Positions 32,323 through 45,291 of a stretch of DNA of 64,000 nucleotides are shown here, in pieces. The DNA comes from an uncultured Verrucomicrobiae bacterium (lineage in GTDB: Bacteria; Verrucomicrobiota; Verrucomicrobiia; Chthoniobacterales; Chthoniobacteraceae): assembly GCA_963828525.1 (NCBI GenBank), contig CAWHEP010000011.1, forward strand, positions 189,133-253,132, given 5' to 3'. Position 1 is the first letter of the stretch, and each line of letters starts with the position of its first letter. Under the pieces are notes generated by a model that ran no database searches, had not been told where the DNA came from, and worked only from the letters and a program-made list of their open reading frames with translations. Both the position numbers and the translations under genes were made by a program.

Positions 32323-33582
32323 ATGGATAAGATTCTCGTCCACGGCGGTCCAAAACTCTCCGGCTCGGTTCGGATTAGCGGTTCCAAAAATTCCGCCCTC
32401 CCGATCCTGGCCGCCACGCTTCTAACGCGTGAGCAGTGCGTGATCCACCATGTTCCAGACCTGAGCGACGTCCATTACATGCTCCAGATATTGGACCACC
32501 TGGGCGCGCAGGTTGAGCGCGCCAGTGGCACCGTGACGGTGCAGGCCGAGAAGATCACGACCAACGCCCCTTATGACATCGTGCGCAAAATGCGCGCCTC
32601 TGTTTGTGTGCTTGGTCCGCTGCTTGGGCGCGAGAAAGAGGCTACTGTGTCATTGCCTGGAGGCTGTGTGATCGGTGACCGGCCAATCGATCTGCACCTG
32701 AAGGGGTTTGAATCCCTTGGCGCCACGTATCGCGTGGAGACAGGAAACGTCAAAGTTTTCGCCGCGAAATTGCAGGGCGCTGTCTGCAACCTGCGCGGAA
32801 AATTTGGCTCCACCGTTCTTGGCACCGATAACGTAATGATGGCTGCCGTGCTGGCTGAGGGAACAACGGTCATCGAGGGAGCCGCCGCGGAGCCGGAAGT
32901 AATTGATCTCGCCAACTTCCTGAACGCCATGGGCGCCAGGGTTGAAGGCGCGGGAACCCGGCGAATCATCATTGAGGGCGTCAAGGAATTGCACGGCGCC
33001 GAGCATGCCGTCATCCCGGATCGGATCGAAGCGGGCACTTTCCTGGTGGCTGGCGCCTTGGCCGGCCAGAGCGTCACCCTCACGCGGGTCGTCCCTTCCC
33101 ATATCGAAGCCGTTTCCGCTTCTCTGTCAAAAGCGGGTTTCCACATCGAAGCTGGAGATACCACGCTCAAGATCACGGGAAACGGAGCGCCCAAGTCTTT
33201 GGAAATTGAGACGGAGCCTTACCCCGGATTCCCGACGGATATGCAGGCGCAAATGTGCGCGCTTCTGAGCGGGACCAGCGGCATAAGCGTGATAACTGAA
33301 ACAATCTTTCCCCAGCGCTTCATGCATGTCGCGGAGCTGAAACGCATGGGAGCCGCGATCCAGATGGAAGGCGCCACTGCGGTCATCAGCGGAGTGGAGC
33401 GCTTGAGCGGAGCACCCGTGATGGCAAGCGATCTCCGCGCCTCCGCCGCGCTCGTGCTGGCCGGATTGCAGGCGGATGGCGTGACCGAGGTCAACCGCGT
33501 TTACCATATCGATCGCGGCTACGAGCAGATCGATGACAAGCTGAACGGACTGGGCGCTCAGATCGAGCGAGTCAAGGCCTAG
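32323..33582 (+). CDS. murA: UDP-GlcNAc 1-carboxyvinyltransferase
   Basis: GSKNSALP, LPGGCVIGDRP, PGFPTDMQ. Confidence 0.97.
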   Translation: MDKILVHGGPKLSGSVRISGSKNSALPILAATLLTREQCVIHHVPDLSDVHYMLQILDHLGAQVERASGTVTVQAEKITTNAPYDIVRKMRASVCVLGPLLGREKEATVSLPGGCVIGDRPIDLHLKGFESLGATYRVETGNVKVFAAKLQGAVCNLRGKFGSTVLGTDNVMMAAVLAEGTTVIEGAAAEPEVIDLANFLNAMGARVEGAGTRRIIIEGVKELHGAEHAVIPDRIEAGTFLVAGALAGQSVTLTRVVPSHIEAVSASLSKAGFHIEAGDTTLKITGNGAPKSLEIETEPYPGFPTDMQAQMCALLSGTSGISVITETIFPQRFMHVAELKRMGAAIQMEGATAVISGVERLSGAPVMASDLRASAALVLAGLQADGVTEVNRVYHIDRGYEQIDDKLNGLGAQIERVKA

Positions 33583-33625
33583 GCATGGGCGTTGCGTCTA
33601 TGCGGCGCAACTCGGCACTCCGCTT

Positions 33626-34193
33626 TTACAAGGCGGTATTAAGAGCGAACAACCCTTCCCTCATCTGCGCCGACCATTTGGATAGGTACGAAAACCCCTG
33701 ATAAAGCGAGGCGATGTCCGTGTACGACCTTTCCGAGATCCAGTTTGAGTCCAGAACGCGGAGTTCCTGGTTGAGCAACTCCTCCTCGGCAGCCAGACGG
33801 CGCAGCGCTTCCTCAAACCTGTCAATCAGATCGAGCTTCAGGGGCGCCAGGAGAGCCCGCGCAAGCGGCGAGGTCTCGCTGGTTTCTCTCTTGCGCAGAG
33901 CATTGTAGGTCTGCTGCGCGCCCTCCGACTTCCATGAATAGGTCGGCCAGCCTTGCGGGTGGCTCCTGTCGTCCTGTTGTCTGGCCAGGCCATTCCAGCT
34001 CCATCAAATGCTGCAGCCTGGGCTTTGGCTCCTTCAAAGTGGAATACCCGGCGTTCAGCGTCGCGAAAGCCGCGCTATCACCCGCTATGTCCGGGTGAGT
34101 TTCCGCAGTGAAACGATGAAGCTTCTCTTTAAGCACTTCGGCGTCCAGCCATGGGCGGCGCTCAACCCCCAGTAATGCGAAGAAGTCGATCAG
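33626..34193 (-). CDS. HscB-like J-domain co-chaperone, indel near 33920
   Basis: DFFALLG..RRPWLD...HPD; C-terminus FSYLSKW in another frame; start uncertain. Confidence 0.7.
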
Positions 34194-34247
34194 ACTTCCT
34201 GCCTTAGCTGAGGCCCCTTGGTCGCGAAAACGTTTTCACCGCTTTCC

Positions 34248-34970
34248 TCAGCCCCGGCGACGGGTGACATCCAGCAAGTAGAGAAGGTTGCCGAGAGACG
34301 CCACAAACGCGGCGACATACGTCCACGCCGCCGCGTTGAGCATCGTATTCACCCCCTTCGATTCCTCTCCGGGTTGGATGATGCCCATATTCGCGAGAAC
34401 TGCCTTCGCCCGCCTTGAAGCATCGAACTCGACAGGCAGGGTGATGAGTTGGAAAGCCGTCAGGACGACGTAGCAAACGATGCCGAGCTTCAGCAGCGCG
34501 AAAAAATGGAAGAAAAATCCCCCGATCATAATCATGGGCAGCATTGAAGAAGCAAACTGCGTGACCGGGACAACTGTCATCCGCATCTGGAGAGGCGCGT
34601 ACCCCTCGGCGTGCTGGATGGCGTGGCCGGTCTCATGCGCGGCTATTCCCACAGCGGCGAGGGAAGGGGTGTCGTATGTGTTGCTGGTAAGGCAGAGTTG
34701 CTTCTTTGTAGGGTCATAGTGATCGCCAAGCGCCCCTCCCTCGATCTGAACAACATCAACATCCCGGATGCCCGACGCCGCGAGGATGTTTCGCGCCGCT
34801 TGTGATCCCGTCAGGTTGCGCGTGGTTCGGATGAGCGAATACTTTTTGAACGTCGCGGTCACCCGCATCTGTGCCCAAAGGCCCAGAACCAACGGGACAA
34901 GGATAAACAAAAAATAGTGCGAGAAGTTGCCAAAGCCAAAGCCGTAGCCTGTGTGATCGTAGTAACCCAT
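34248..34970 (-). CDS. Membrane zinc metallopeptidase (YugP family)
   Basis: DHYDP, AAHETGHAIQH, TLPVEFDAS, AAAWTYVA. Confidence 0.9.
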   Translation of the reverse strand: MGYYDHTGYGFGFGNFSHYFLFILVPLVLGLWAQMRVTATFKKYSLIRTTRNLTGSQAARNILAASGIRDVDVVQIEGGALGDHYDPTKKQLCLTSNTYDTPSLAAVGIAAHETGHAIQHAEGYAPLQMRMTVVPVTQFASSMLPMIMIGGFFFHFFALLKLGIVCYVVLTAFQLITLPVEFDASRRAKAVLANMGIIQPGEESKGVNTMLNAAAWTYVAAFVASLGNLLYLLDVTRRRG

Positions 34971-35014
34971 AGTATATGTCTCGATACGTCTGACAATGAG
35001 ACTTGGGATGTCGT

Positions 35015-36143
35015 TCAGACTTCGAGCATGATCGGAAGGTTGGAGAGTTTCCGGATGCCGGTCTCCGTAATAGTGACTACATCTTCGATCCTTGCCCCTC
35101 CTATGCCCTCGCAATAGAGACCCGGTTCCACGGTAAGGTACCTGTCCCGGCTTGAAAGTTGTCTTGCCTACGCGTGGTTCCTCGTGGATTTCGAGGCCAA
35201 GCCCATGCCCCAGACCGTGGAAAAATCCGCTCCAGCGTCCATTCCGCTTCTCTGTCGGAAATCCTTCCGCAGTGAAGAAATCCCTGACCTCGTCTTGAAG
35301 AACTTTTCCATCCCCGCCGGGTCGCATTTTCCTAAGCGCCAGCGCCTGGCCTTCGCGGGTTGTTTCCCACAGGTCTCGTTGGCTCTCATTCGCGCGTCCT
35401 CGCGCGACCGTCCTCGTGAGATCGCCAAAAAACCCGGTCTTCGCGCTGCGAGGGAAGACATCCAGAATGATCAGCGAGTTTGCCCGGAGCTGCCCGGAAC
35501 CTCTTTCGTGCGGATCGCAGGCCTGGTTGCCGCCGGCGACGATGGTGCCGCCGGGTCGTCCTCCCGCCCTTAGCACTGCCATGTCGATCTCCGCGCGGAG
35601 AGTCTCCGAAGTGAGCGCTCGCCCGGCCCATCGCAGAACGTTGGCCCTCCCGATCTCCGAGGCGGCAAGAACTTCGATTCCACGCAAAATCCCGGCTTCA
35701 GTTATCTTTAGCGCCTTGCGCAAGTGGTTAAGCTCATCCGCCGTTTTCTGTTCCCGCTCTTTCCAAAAACTTCCTTCGACCGGCTGCAGGCGAATATCGA
35801 CGGGGAGGCTGCGCGCAAGGCCAAGCGGAAAATCCGAAGGCACCAAGGCGGTTCGCGCGCGGCGTTCTTTCAAAAACCGCGTGAGCACATCGCCGAAGCT
35901 GGCGCTTTTTATGCCTGCGGTTGCAAGCTTCGCGACAATGTCGGAGTAGGCGACGATCTCGTCCACCTTTGCTTCGCGATGTCCGCGATCTATCTCCAGA
36001 TCGTTGAGAACGATCGTCGTTTTCCCATCTTTACGGAGGTAGATGAAGGGGTCAGGGGCATGGAAGCCGGTCGCGTACAGCATATCGGCTGAGCTCTCGC
36101 TCGATGCCACTATCAGCCGGGTGGAAGACGCGGAAGATTTCAT
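35015..36143 (-). CDS. Xaa-Pro peptidase (M24), indel near 35140
   Basis: [24 protein letters not shown], then TVEPGLY...RIED in shifted frame. Confidence 0.9.
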
Positions 36144-36247
36144 GCGTAACAGCTTCCTTATATCGGGAATGGCTGTGTCACAACCTCGCGAGAGCGATTG
36201 ACCTCGACTTCCTCGCATTGTAAGTGCTGCACTTCACAGACATTCAG

Positions 36248-36917
36248 ATGATCTCCACGACACCCGACCAAATCGCGAAATGGAATGCCGAGCTTCGCGG
36301 GAACTCACCTCTTGAGATTACACAGTGGGCTGTTCTCCAGGCGGCGGGGCGCGCCATCGTTTCCACGAATTTCCGTCCGTACGAGGCGGCAATCCTCCAC
36401 ATCGCGAGCCAGGCCCAACCTGGCATTCCTGTTCTCTGGGTGGATCATGGTTACAACCGCCCGGCAACTTACAAACATGCGGAGGAACTCTGCGCGTCTA
36501 CCCTTGGTTTCGAACATCCGCGCCTATCTTCCCAGGATCAGCGCCGCTCATCACGATGCCATCTACGGGACCGCCCCCTCGACAGATGACGAGCCGAGGC
36601 TGAAGCGTTTAGCGCTCTCATGAAGCTCGAGCCGTTTCAGCGCGGGTATGACGGAACTCGCCCCCGTCGTCTGGATCACAGCCCTTCGCAAAGTCCAGAA
36701 TCCGAACCGCGCCGGGGTTGACATCGTCTCTGAAGACGCTAACTTCGGACCCTGAAAGTGAGTCCTTTTTTCTATGCTGAAGATCGAAGAAATGGAAGCT
36801 TACCTCCAGGAGCGCGGCCTGCCGAATGAGTGGGATTACTTCGATCCCGCCAAGGCCGACGAGAAGCGCGAGTGCGGGTTGCATGCAGCGTGGGGAGCGT
36901 CCGCTGTCGGCGCGTAG
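36248..36917 (+). CDS. cysH: PAPS/APS reductase, several indels
   Basis: PVLWVDHGY; C-terminal KRECGLH. Confidence 0.8.
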
Positions 36918-36948
36918 CCGCGGTTCCGCATATTCTTATTCTCTCTCG

Positions 36949-37852
36949 ATGAGCAGCTACTTCCTGGATCACCTTCAATTTCTGGAAACAGAGTCCGTCC
37001 ACATCATGCGTGAAGTGGCCGCGGAATTTGAGCGCCCGCCCTCCTGTTTTCAGGGGGCAAAGATTCCATTTGTCTTCTCAGGCTCGCCGAGAAGGCATTC
37101 CGTCCTTCGGAATTTCCCATGCCCCTGCTGAATATTGATACGGGGCATCATTTTCCGGAGCTGAACACGTTCCGAGACATGCGTGCAAAGGAGTTGCGGT
37201 CGAAACTCATCATCCGCACTGTGGAGGACGCGGTCGCCAAGGGCATCGCCGTCCTTCCGCCCGGGTCAGGTAAGCGGAAATGCCCTGCAGATTCCGACTT
37301 TGCTCGCGGCAATCGAGGAATTTGGCTTTGACTGCTGCATTGGCGGCGCGCGGCGCGATGAGGAAAAGGCGCGGGCGAAAGAGCGCTTTTTCAGTTTCCG
37401 GGACAGCTTCGGGCAATGGGATCCCAAAACGCAACGCCCGGAGATATGGAATCTCTATAATGCGAGAGTGAATCCTGGGGAGAACATGCGCGTATTTCCC
37501 CTTAGCAACTGGACTGAAATGGACGTTTGGGAATACATCCGGCGCGAGAATCTGGCGGTTCCCTCCATCTACTTTAGCCATCGTCGGCAGTGCGTCCGCC
37601 GCCATGGCCAGTGGCTGCCCGTCAACGATCTGCTGCCTCCCAAGCCCGGTGAAGCAGGTGCAGGAGCTTGTGGTGCGGGTGCGAACCATCGGTGACATCA
37701 TTAGCACTGGGCTCGTGGAATCGCCCGCCGACAATGTGGATGATATCATCGCGGAGATAGCGGTTGCGCGCGTCACCGAGCGCGGCTCCCGCGCGGACGA
37801 CAAAGTCTCGGAAGCAGCGATGGAAGACCGGAAAAAGGCTGGCTACTTCTAG
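36949..37852 (+). CDS. cysD: Sulfate adenylyltransferase subunit 2, indels
   Basis: SGGKDS, GGARRDEEKARAKER, MEDRKKAGYF. Confidence 0.9.
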
Positions 37853-37873
37853 GATCACTCTTCTCGTAATCCA

Positions 37874-39193
37874 ATGGTTCTTCCCCTGCATCACGCCGTC
37901 GATCTGCTCCGCTTCAATACCTGCGGTTCGGTCGATGACGGCAAATCGACGCTGATAGGGCGGCTGCTTTATGACTCGAAGTCCCTCATGGAGGATCAGA
38001 TCGAGGCGCTGGAACGCTCAGCCGACATTACCGGCGGCGGAAAGATCAATCTCGCGAACGTGACAGACGGATTGCGCGCGGAGCGCGAACAGGGGATCAC
38101 CATCGATGTCGCGTACAGATATTTTGCGACTCCGCGCCGCAAATTCATCATCGCCGATACACCTGGGCATGTGCAGTACACCCGCAACATGGTGACCGGC
38201 GCGTCTCTGGCAAATCTGTCGGTTGTCCTCGTGGACGCGCGTCTTGGCGTCATCGAGCAGAGTCGCCGCCACACTTGCATCGCTTCCCTCCTGCGCATTC
38301 CACACCTCGTGGTCGCGGTGAATAAGATGGATTTGGTTGGATGGAGTGAGGAACGTTTCTTCGAGATTTGCGCGCAATTCGAAGAGTTTCTCCCCCGGCT
38401 TGATCTCAAGGACGTCAAGTTCATCCCTGTAAGCGCCTCGAACGGGGATAACGTCGTTTTTACTTCTCAAAAGACGCCCTGGTATTGCGGGCCGAATCTT
38501 CTCGGACACCTTGAGACGGTTCACATTGGCAGCGACTGGAATCTGAGTGATTTCCGATACCCTGTGCAGTGGGTAAACCGGCCGAACAACCCTTCCGATG
38601 TGGCACTGCATGACTTTAGGGGATTTAGCGGCCAGATTGCCGGAGGAATAGTCCGTTTAGGCCAGCAGGTGATGGTGCTCCCCAGCGGGTTCACGAGCAG
38701 CGTGAAACAGATCTGGACGTTGGGCGGTCCTGTCCAGGAGGCATTCTGCCCTCAATCTGTGACCTTGGTGCTGGAGCACGATATTGATATCAGTCGAGGC
38801 GATATGATAGTCGACCCCGGCAATCTACCGGGCTCTTCCACCGATCTGCATGCCAGGGTGTGCTGGTTGCATCCACGTCCGCTGCAGGTAGGCCGCAAAT
38901 ATCTGCTCAAACATACCACGCAAACCGCGCAGGCGATTGTCACGGCGATCGAGCATCGGATCAATGTCACGACCCTGGATCCGGAGCCTGGAGCGCCAGA
39001 ACTGGCTATGAATGACATTGGAGAAATCCGGCTGCGCACGTCAAAGCCGATTGTATTCGACGGCTACTCCACAAACCGTCTCACGGGTTCCTTTATCCTG
39101 ATCGAACCGGGAACAAACGCAACCGTCGGCGCTGGCATGCTGCACCCGCCGACACAGGTGGCCGTTCCTGAATACCGCGACTTTGCAATTTAG
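37874..39193 (+). CDS. cysN: Sulfate adenylyltransferase subunit 1
   Basis: GSVDDGKSTLIGRLL, EREQGITIDVAYRYF, NKMD. Confidence 0.95.
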   Translation: MVLPLHHAVDLLRFNTCGSVDDGKSTLIGRLLYDSKSLMEDQIEALERSADITGGGKINLANVTDGLRAEREQGITIDVAYRYFATPRRKFIIADTPGHVQYTRNMVTGASLANLSVVLVDARLGVIEQSRRHTCIASLLRIPHLVVAVNKMDLVGWSEERFFEICAQFEEFLPRLDLKDVKFIPVSASNGDNVVFTSQKTPWYCGPNLLGHLETVHIGSDWNLSDFRYPVQWVNRPNNPSDVALHDFRGFSGQIAGGIVRLGQQVMVLPSGFTSSVKQIWTLGGPVQEAFCPQSVTLVLEHDIDISRGDMIVDPGNLPGSSTDLHARVCWLHPRPLQVGRKYLLKHTTQTAQAIVTAIEHRINVTTLDPEPGAPELAMNDIGEIRLRTSKPIVFDGYSTNRLTGSFILIEPGTNATVGAGMLHPPTQVAVPEYRDFAI

Positions 39194-39327
39194 GGAGGGT
39201 TCCATCCTCAACGTTTGTTGCAGGCGGAAGCGACAGCGTTAAAACGGACGGTCGCGCCCTGCATGTCCGCGAAATTTGTGGTTGCAAACCGGAGCTCGTA
39301 CCCTCCAAGTAGCTCACGCCCGCATAC

Positions 39328-42300
39328 ATGACAGACTCGCAACGACAAAATGGCAATGCACCGGCAGAGGTCTCGCGGGGAACCAATGACCTTCCTTGGA
39401 CTGGGGAACGCCTCGTAACTTCTCTCTCAGGCCAGATTGTTTTTGAGCATCTCCACCGTTACGCCATCGCCTGTGTTTTGGCAGAGGGGAAGGATGTCCT
39501 CGATATCGCTTGCGGCGAGGGTTATGGTTCAGCTCTGCTTGGCAGCCGCGCGCGCAGCGTTATCGGCGTCGATGCTGATGACCGGGCGGTGCAGCATGCC
39601 AATGGGAAATATGGCCGGCAGCGCCGCGGTGCGATTTCTCCAGGGGACTTGTGACGCGATTCCCGTTCCCAACGGATGCGTCGATCTGGTGGTTAGCTTC
39701 GAGACCCTGGAGCATATCCTCGATCAAGAGTCGTTCATGCGCGAAATATGCCGTGTGCTGCGGCCAAACGGCCTGCTCCTGATTTCCAGTCCTGATAGGG
39801 ACGCCTACTCAAAGGCGCGGTCGATCCCAAATCCGTACCACGTCAAGGAGTTGTCTCACCAGGAGTTTATCCGCCTCCTGTCCGGCCGCTTCCAAAACGT
39901 TCGCGGCGCCAGGCAACGGATGGTTGCCGGCTCCGGGATCTTCAAGGCAGACGGGGAAGGAGGACTCATCCGGAAGCATACCTGGACGGTTTCTGTTTCG
40001 GAGACTTCTCCGGAGTGGGTTTTCGAGAAGATCTTCCAGATGGTCTTTACAGCCTCGCGCTCTGTTCCAACGCTGAACTGCCCCCGTTCCCTTCCGGGCT
40101 GTTTGAGAACCGCGAGGAGTCGGCGCGGTTTTGGGATCAGTTTGAAGGCTTGGCCAGGTTGAAGGATGAGATCGTCCGCCTTGAAGGCGCGGAGGACTCT
40201 CTCCAGAGGGACCTGGCTGATAGGAACCAGAAAGTCTTGACACTGTCGACTCAGCTTGCGGCGGCGAAAAGCACCTGCGACGAGCAGAAGCTGATCCTGG
40301 CCGCCATTCAGGAGTCTAGTTTGTTCAGGATTGGCTTCGTAGTATGGCGCGCCGGCGCGTCGTTGATGCGTCCGATCGATGTCATCTATCGTTTCTTTGT
40401 CCGCACCCGCCGCCTGACGATCACGGCGAGCGTGGAGCGTTGCCTTGGGGTGAGGGGGGTAGCTGTCATTGAAGGCACTTTGCGGATGCGTGGACGCGAG
40501 CCGGCGCCCCTCCTTGAGCTGCGGGTAGGCGGTCAAAAGTGGCAGTGTAAGATCGAGCCCGCCAAGCGCGGTCGCAACTCAGGGAAAAAACTGCCGAAGG
40601 AGTATCGCTTCTCCTGTGAGTTCCTTTGCAAGCCGGGTCTCCATCTTTTGGAGTTGCTCCACATGAGATCCTACCTGCCGGGCAAGGAAGTGCTGGCGAC
40701 AAGCCTTGTCTGGGGCGCGCCGCCCTCGTGGGCGGGCGCCCTCTTTCGCGCGCCGGCACGGAGCAATCTCGCGTTCGCTGTTTCCGGCGGGCCGCTGGTT
40801 TCGATCATAATCCCGATCTTCAATCAACTGACGCTCACGCTCCGGTGCCTGGGGAGCATCCTGGCAAATACCAAGGGCGTTGATTACGAAGTCATTCTTG
40901 GCAACGACAATTCGGAAAAGGATGTTGTGGAGGTGCTCTCCCTTATTCCCGGGCTGAAAATCGCGACGAACACTGGAGACGCGGGATTTGTGCGCAATTG
41001 CAACCAGGCGGCTGCTTGCGCGCGAGGCAAGTATCTTCTGTTCCTAAACAACGACACTGAAGTAAAGGATGGCTGGCTCTCCTCCCTGCTGGACGTATTC
41101 CGGTCTTTTCCCGACGCGGGCGCGGTCGGTTCGAAACTCCTCTATCCGGACGGCGCTCTCCAGGAGGCAGGCGGCATCATATGGCGGGACGGCTCTGGTT
41201 GGAACTATGGGCGGAATGACAATGCCGCCAAGCCGGAATATAACTACCTGCGGGAGACCGATTATTGCTCGGCGGCTTCGCTGCTCGTGGAACGCGAGCT
41301 ATTCAACCGGCTGGGAGGATTTGGCAGCGAATTCGAACCCGCTTATTACGAGGATGTTGATCTCGCCTTCAAGATTCGCGCTCTCGGCAGGAAGGTTTAT
41401 TACCAGCCCATGTCAGAGGTATTGCATCATGAGGGCAAGACATGCGGCACGGATGTGGCATCCGGGATGAAAGCCGCCCAGGTTATCAATCGTGAAAAGC
41501 TTTGCTCAAAGTGGGGAGTGGCTCTCTCGGAGCAATACACAAATGGCGTAAACGTTTTCCGCGCTCGTGAACGAGCGGGCGCTAAAAAGATCGCCGTCGT
41601 CATCGATCATCACGTTCCGTTCTTTGATCGGGACGCCGGATCGCGCAGCACGTTTCAGTATGTAAAACTTCTGTTGGATCTGGGAATGAGCGTGAAGTTC
41701 ATCGGCGATAATTTCCATATGCATCAGCCGTACACCACGATTCTGGAGCGCATGGGAGTCGAGGTGCTCTACGGCGATTGGTACAGCAATAACATCCATG
41801 AATGGCTCACTCGACACGCGGATGACATCGACCTCATTTTTGCCAACCGAAGCCACGTCACCATCAAGTATCTCGACACGCTGAGACACCTGAAAAAAGC
41901 GCGACTGCTCTACTACGGGATTGATATCGCGTCTGTGCGGCTGGGGCGTCTTTACGAGTTGAATGGTGACCCCGCGGTCAAGCAGGAAGCCGACGCCGAG
42001 GCCGCCCGCGAGATGACGATCTGGAGAACGATGGACGCCATTTACTACCCCTCCGCGGAGGAAGCTGACTACGTGCGCTCCCGCCTGCCCGGGGTGAACG
42101 CGCGGGCAATCCCGTTGAACATCTGCGAGCCCTTCGAGGAAGAATATGTCGGCACGTTCGATGAAAGGCGCGATTTGCTTTTTGTAGGAAGTTTTCAGCA
42201 CCCTCCAAACGCCGACGGCGTTCTCTGGTTCTTGGAGCATTGCTGGCCTTTGATCTCGTCGAAGATTCCCGGCGTGAAATTCTATGTTGTGGGAAACAAG

Positions 42301-42699
42301 CCGCCGGAATTGATTCTCGCGCAGGCAGGCGAGCGCGTTGTCGTGACCGGCTGGATTTCCGATGAGGAGCTTTCAGCCCGTTATCAGCAAACCCGGGTTG
42401 TGGTAGTGCCTCTGCGCTATGGCGGCGGGGTGAAAGGCAAGGTCGTTGAATCGCTGCGGCATCATGTCCCCCCCGTCATCACTCCAGCGGCAGCGGAGGG
42501 GTTCCCAGGCATCGAGTCCTGTGCCGTTATCAAGAGCGACGCCCTGGAATTTGCGGAGACTGTCGTGGCTCTATACCAGGACAAAGGCAAGGCTTCCGCG
42601 CTCAGCTCACGGTGCGACGACTACATCCGGGAGCACTTCGCCGACAGTGTCGCTCGCGAGATCATCATACAGGACATCCCGTGGCTGCGGAAGGCATGA
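39328..42699 (+). CDS. Multidomain SAM methyltransferase + coiled coil + GT2 + GT4 protein (indels near 39620 and 39975)
   Basis: WTGER...[29 protein letters not shown]2; DRDAGS and GGVKGKV GT4. Confidence 0.8.
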
Positions 42700-42722
42700 G
42701 GCGGGTTCCGGCGGAGCCTTCC

Positions 42723-44214
42723 TTAGAACTGGAAGTAAATGAACGGTGTGTATCGCAGCGGTATGAATAGAAGGACGAGCCCGGCCGCAAGCCCGTAACC
42801 GGCGCTGAAGGCAAAGCCCGGAACACCGACGCCACCACGTCGAGAATACTCGCTTGTAGTTGAGCCAGTGGATGATCCCCAGCCCGGCGAATAGAAGCAA
42901 CAAGCGCGGGTCGAGACTTTGCTGTCCGTGACTCTTGAAGCGCGTAAAGGCGCGCAGGACGACATCGGCCTTATGCAGGTCGCCCGCCCGAAAATAAATC
43001 CAGCAGATACAAACAAAGTAGAATGTGAGCGCCGTCGAAAGTATGGACGCGATCGCATTCGGTTCATCCCCGATCTTCTGCGCCCTGGCTGGAGCAAGGA
43101 GTCGCCTGTATTCCCTATGGACCACGAGAGCGACTCCGTGAAGAGCGCCCCAGACGACGAACACCCACGAAGCGCCATGCCATAGGCCTCCCAGAAGCAT
43201 CGTGAGGAAAAGATTCCGGTACGTAAACAGAAGTGATCCGCGATTTCCCCCTAGCGAGATATACAGGTAATCACGAAGCCAGGTGGACAGCGTGATGTGC
43301 CAGCGCCGCCAAAAATCGCTCACGTTCCGAGCGAAGTAGGGGAAGTTAAAATTCAGAGCCAGCTCGTAACCCAACAGCCGAGCCGTCGCGATCGCCATGT
43401 CGGTATAGCCGGAAAAGTCACAGTAGATCTGCACTGCGTAGAGCAACACCGCAATCCATGCGCTCAGGGTAGTAAAGTTCTTGGGATTCGCAAAATAGGT
43501 ATCGACGAAAGGCGCCACGTTTTCCGCGACACAGGCTTTTTTGGCGAAGCCAGTCATGAAAAGGATCAGCGCCCCCCTTGCATCCACTTCAGACCATTTT
43601 GGAAGTCGCTTGGTCTGGGGCAGAAACATCATCGCGCGCACGATCGGACCCGCGACGAGTGGTGGAAAAAAGGATATGAAAAAAGCGAGATCGAGAAAAC
43701 GGCGCTCCGCGCGCAAATGGCGGCGATACACCTCGATGGTGTAGCTCATCGACTGGAAAGTGTAGAAGCTCACGCCGTATGGCAGGATGATCTTCAGCGT
43801 GTGAAACGAAGCGGGCAGGCCCAGCCACAGGAGGAACGAGGACGCCGACACGATGAAGAAGTTGAAGTATTTGAAGTAAAGGAGTGTTCCGAGATTGACG
43901 GCCAGGCTGGCGAAAACCCACAGGCGGCGGCGAGATTCCCTGGCCTCATTTTCGATCCCCAGACCGACAAAGTAGTCAAGGCTCATCGACCCAAGAAGCA
44001 CGAGCGGGAACCACCAGCCGGGAGGTAGCTCGTTCCATCTGCCCGCGACAATGAGCCGCGCGAAAGCGGCGGGATCGCCGACAAAAAAGCAGGCGTAGAA
44101 AATCTGGCTGCAGACCAGGAGAAAAACCTTCCTCGCGCTGTTCGAGCAGAGGCTCCACGTGATCGCGAAGACAGCCGCGAAAAACAGGAAAAACCGAACT
44201 TCGACGAAAAGCAT
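42723..44214 (-). CDS. MBOAT O-acyltransferase (AlgI/DltB-like), indel near 42830
   Basis: SFYTFQ, DFSGYTD, FWRRWHITLS, GLWHGA. Confidence 0.92.
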
Positions 44215-44228
44215 TGCCTCAACAGCTC

Positions 44229-45239
44229 TCAGCGAGCCGCTTCGCTGCGGCGAGAAAATTCCCGCGCGAGCATCCGGGAAAACTGCGTCGCTCCCTTTTC
44301 ATTTAGATGCTCGTAATCCAGGCGGTTGTCATCCTCATATAGCTCGGGGAACTGGGCGGGATTGTTGAAAACCAAAAGCGGCGCGCCTTGGGGCGAATCG
44401 ATGCTTGCTCCATATCCGTTCAGCACGGTGGTGGGGGTAGCGATTAGCAGCATCTCAATCCCGCGAGCACCAAGTTCATCTCGCAACCTGGCGTAGGCAT
44501 CCCGGTTTACCGGGTTCGGCGGGCGCGGAGTATAGCCGCGTTTCGTCTCCTCAAGCCCCGCGTGATATTTTGCGGCGGTGGCGGCGGACATTGGGGTAGA
44601 CATCGGAAAGAAGCCATCCCGGGAAGGGCCGAGTTCTGCCAGAGTGTCCTTCACCGGCGCCCCGTATCGCCGGCTGATCCATTCAACACCTCGTCCCATG
44701 CACATTTGGTTCCTCGCAAAGAGACGAAAGTACGTGAAAAACTCGTCCGACGCGGCGCCGAAACCGGTTGCGCGCCAGTCCTGCATGCACCGCCCGGCTC
44801 CGATCTTGAGGGCAGTCCAGTCCTGCCAGTAGATATCCCTCGCCGCGGTCGTCCCCGGCTGTCGCGGCACGGGATGCAGATCCGTAATTTCAAGGAACAC
44901 CCGCTTCAACTTCCGCGGATGCAAGGCAACCAGCCTGCGAACCATGGAGAGACTTTCTGGCGACGCGAGCGCGTCTGCCGCGGCGTTAAAGGAGTGAGTT
45001 GGGCATCCTTGTTCCCTTGCGGTTTCATCAAACACTTTCGGCGAGACGCCGTGGAACACCCGGCTCGTCCCAACGAAGAGAGTATCGAACTCGTCCTTGT
45101 GGCGGGCGAAAAATTCAGCTTTTGGCGTGATCTGATCCACAAACATCGGCGCGACCCGGGCGGTCAGCTGCCCCACCGAGACGCACGCGAGGAGAGCGAC
45201 CGCGCCATGTAAAACGTTCACAAGAATTCCCCGGAGCAT
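44229..45239 (-). CDS. SGNH-like partner of MBOAT (AlgJ/DltD-like)
   Basis: GTSR near N-terminus, DYEHLN near C-terminus, TM anchor, adjacent to MBOAT. Confidence 0.7.
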   Translation of the reverse strand: MLRGILVNVLHGAVALLACVSVGQLTARVAPMFVDQITPKAEFFARHKDEFDTLFVGTSRVFHGVSPKVFDETAREQGCPTHSFNAAADALASPESLSMVRRLVALHPRKLKRVFLEITDLHPVPRQPGTTAARDIYWQDWTALKIGAGRCMQDWRATGFGAASDEFFTYFRLFARNQMCMGRGVEWISRRYGAPVKDTLAELGPSRDGFFPMSTPMSAATAAKYHAGLEETKRGYTPRPPNPVNRDAYARLRDELGARGIEMLLIATPTTVLNGYGASIDSPQGAPLLVFNNPAQFPELYEDDNRLDYEHLNEKGATQFSRMLAREFSRRSEAAR

Positions 45240-45291
45240 CGCTTGATCGTAGCAGCTTGCCCTTCCATACTGCAACGGTCACCGCCATCTC

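Noticed and set aside
34248..36218. Apparent M24 peptidase-YugP fusion (656 aa)
   Set aside because: An indel near 35140 skips the peptidase's own C-terminus and stop (35015); these are two genes.
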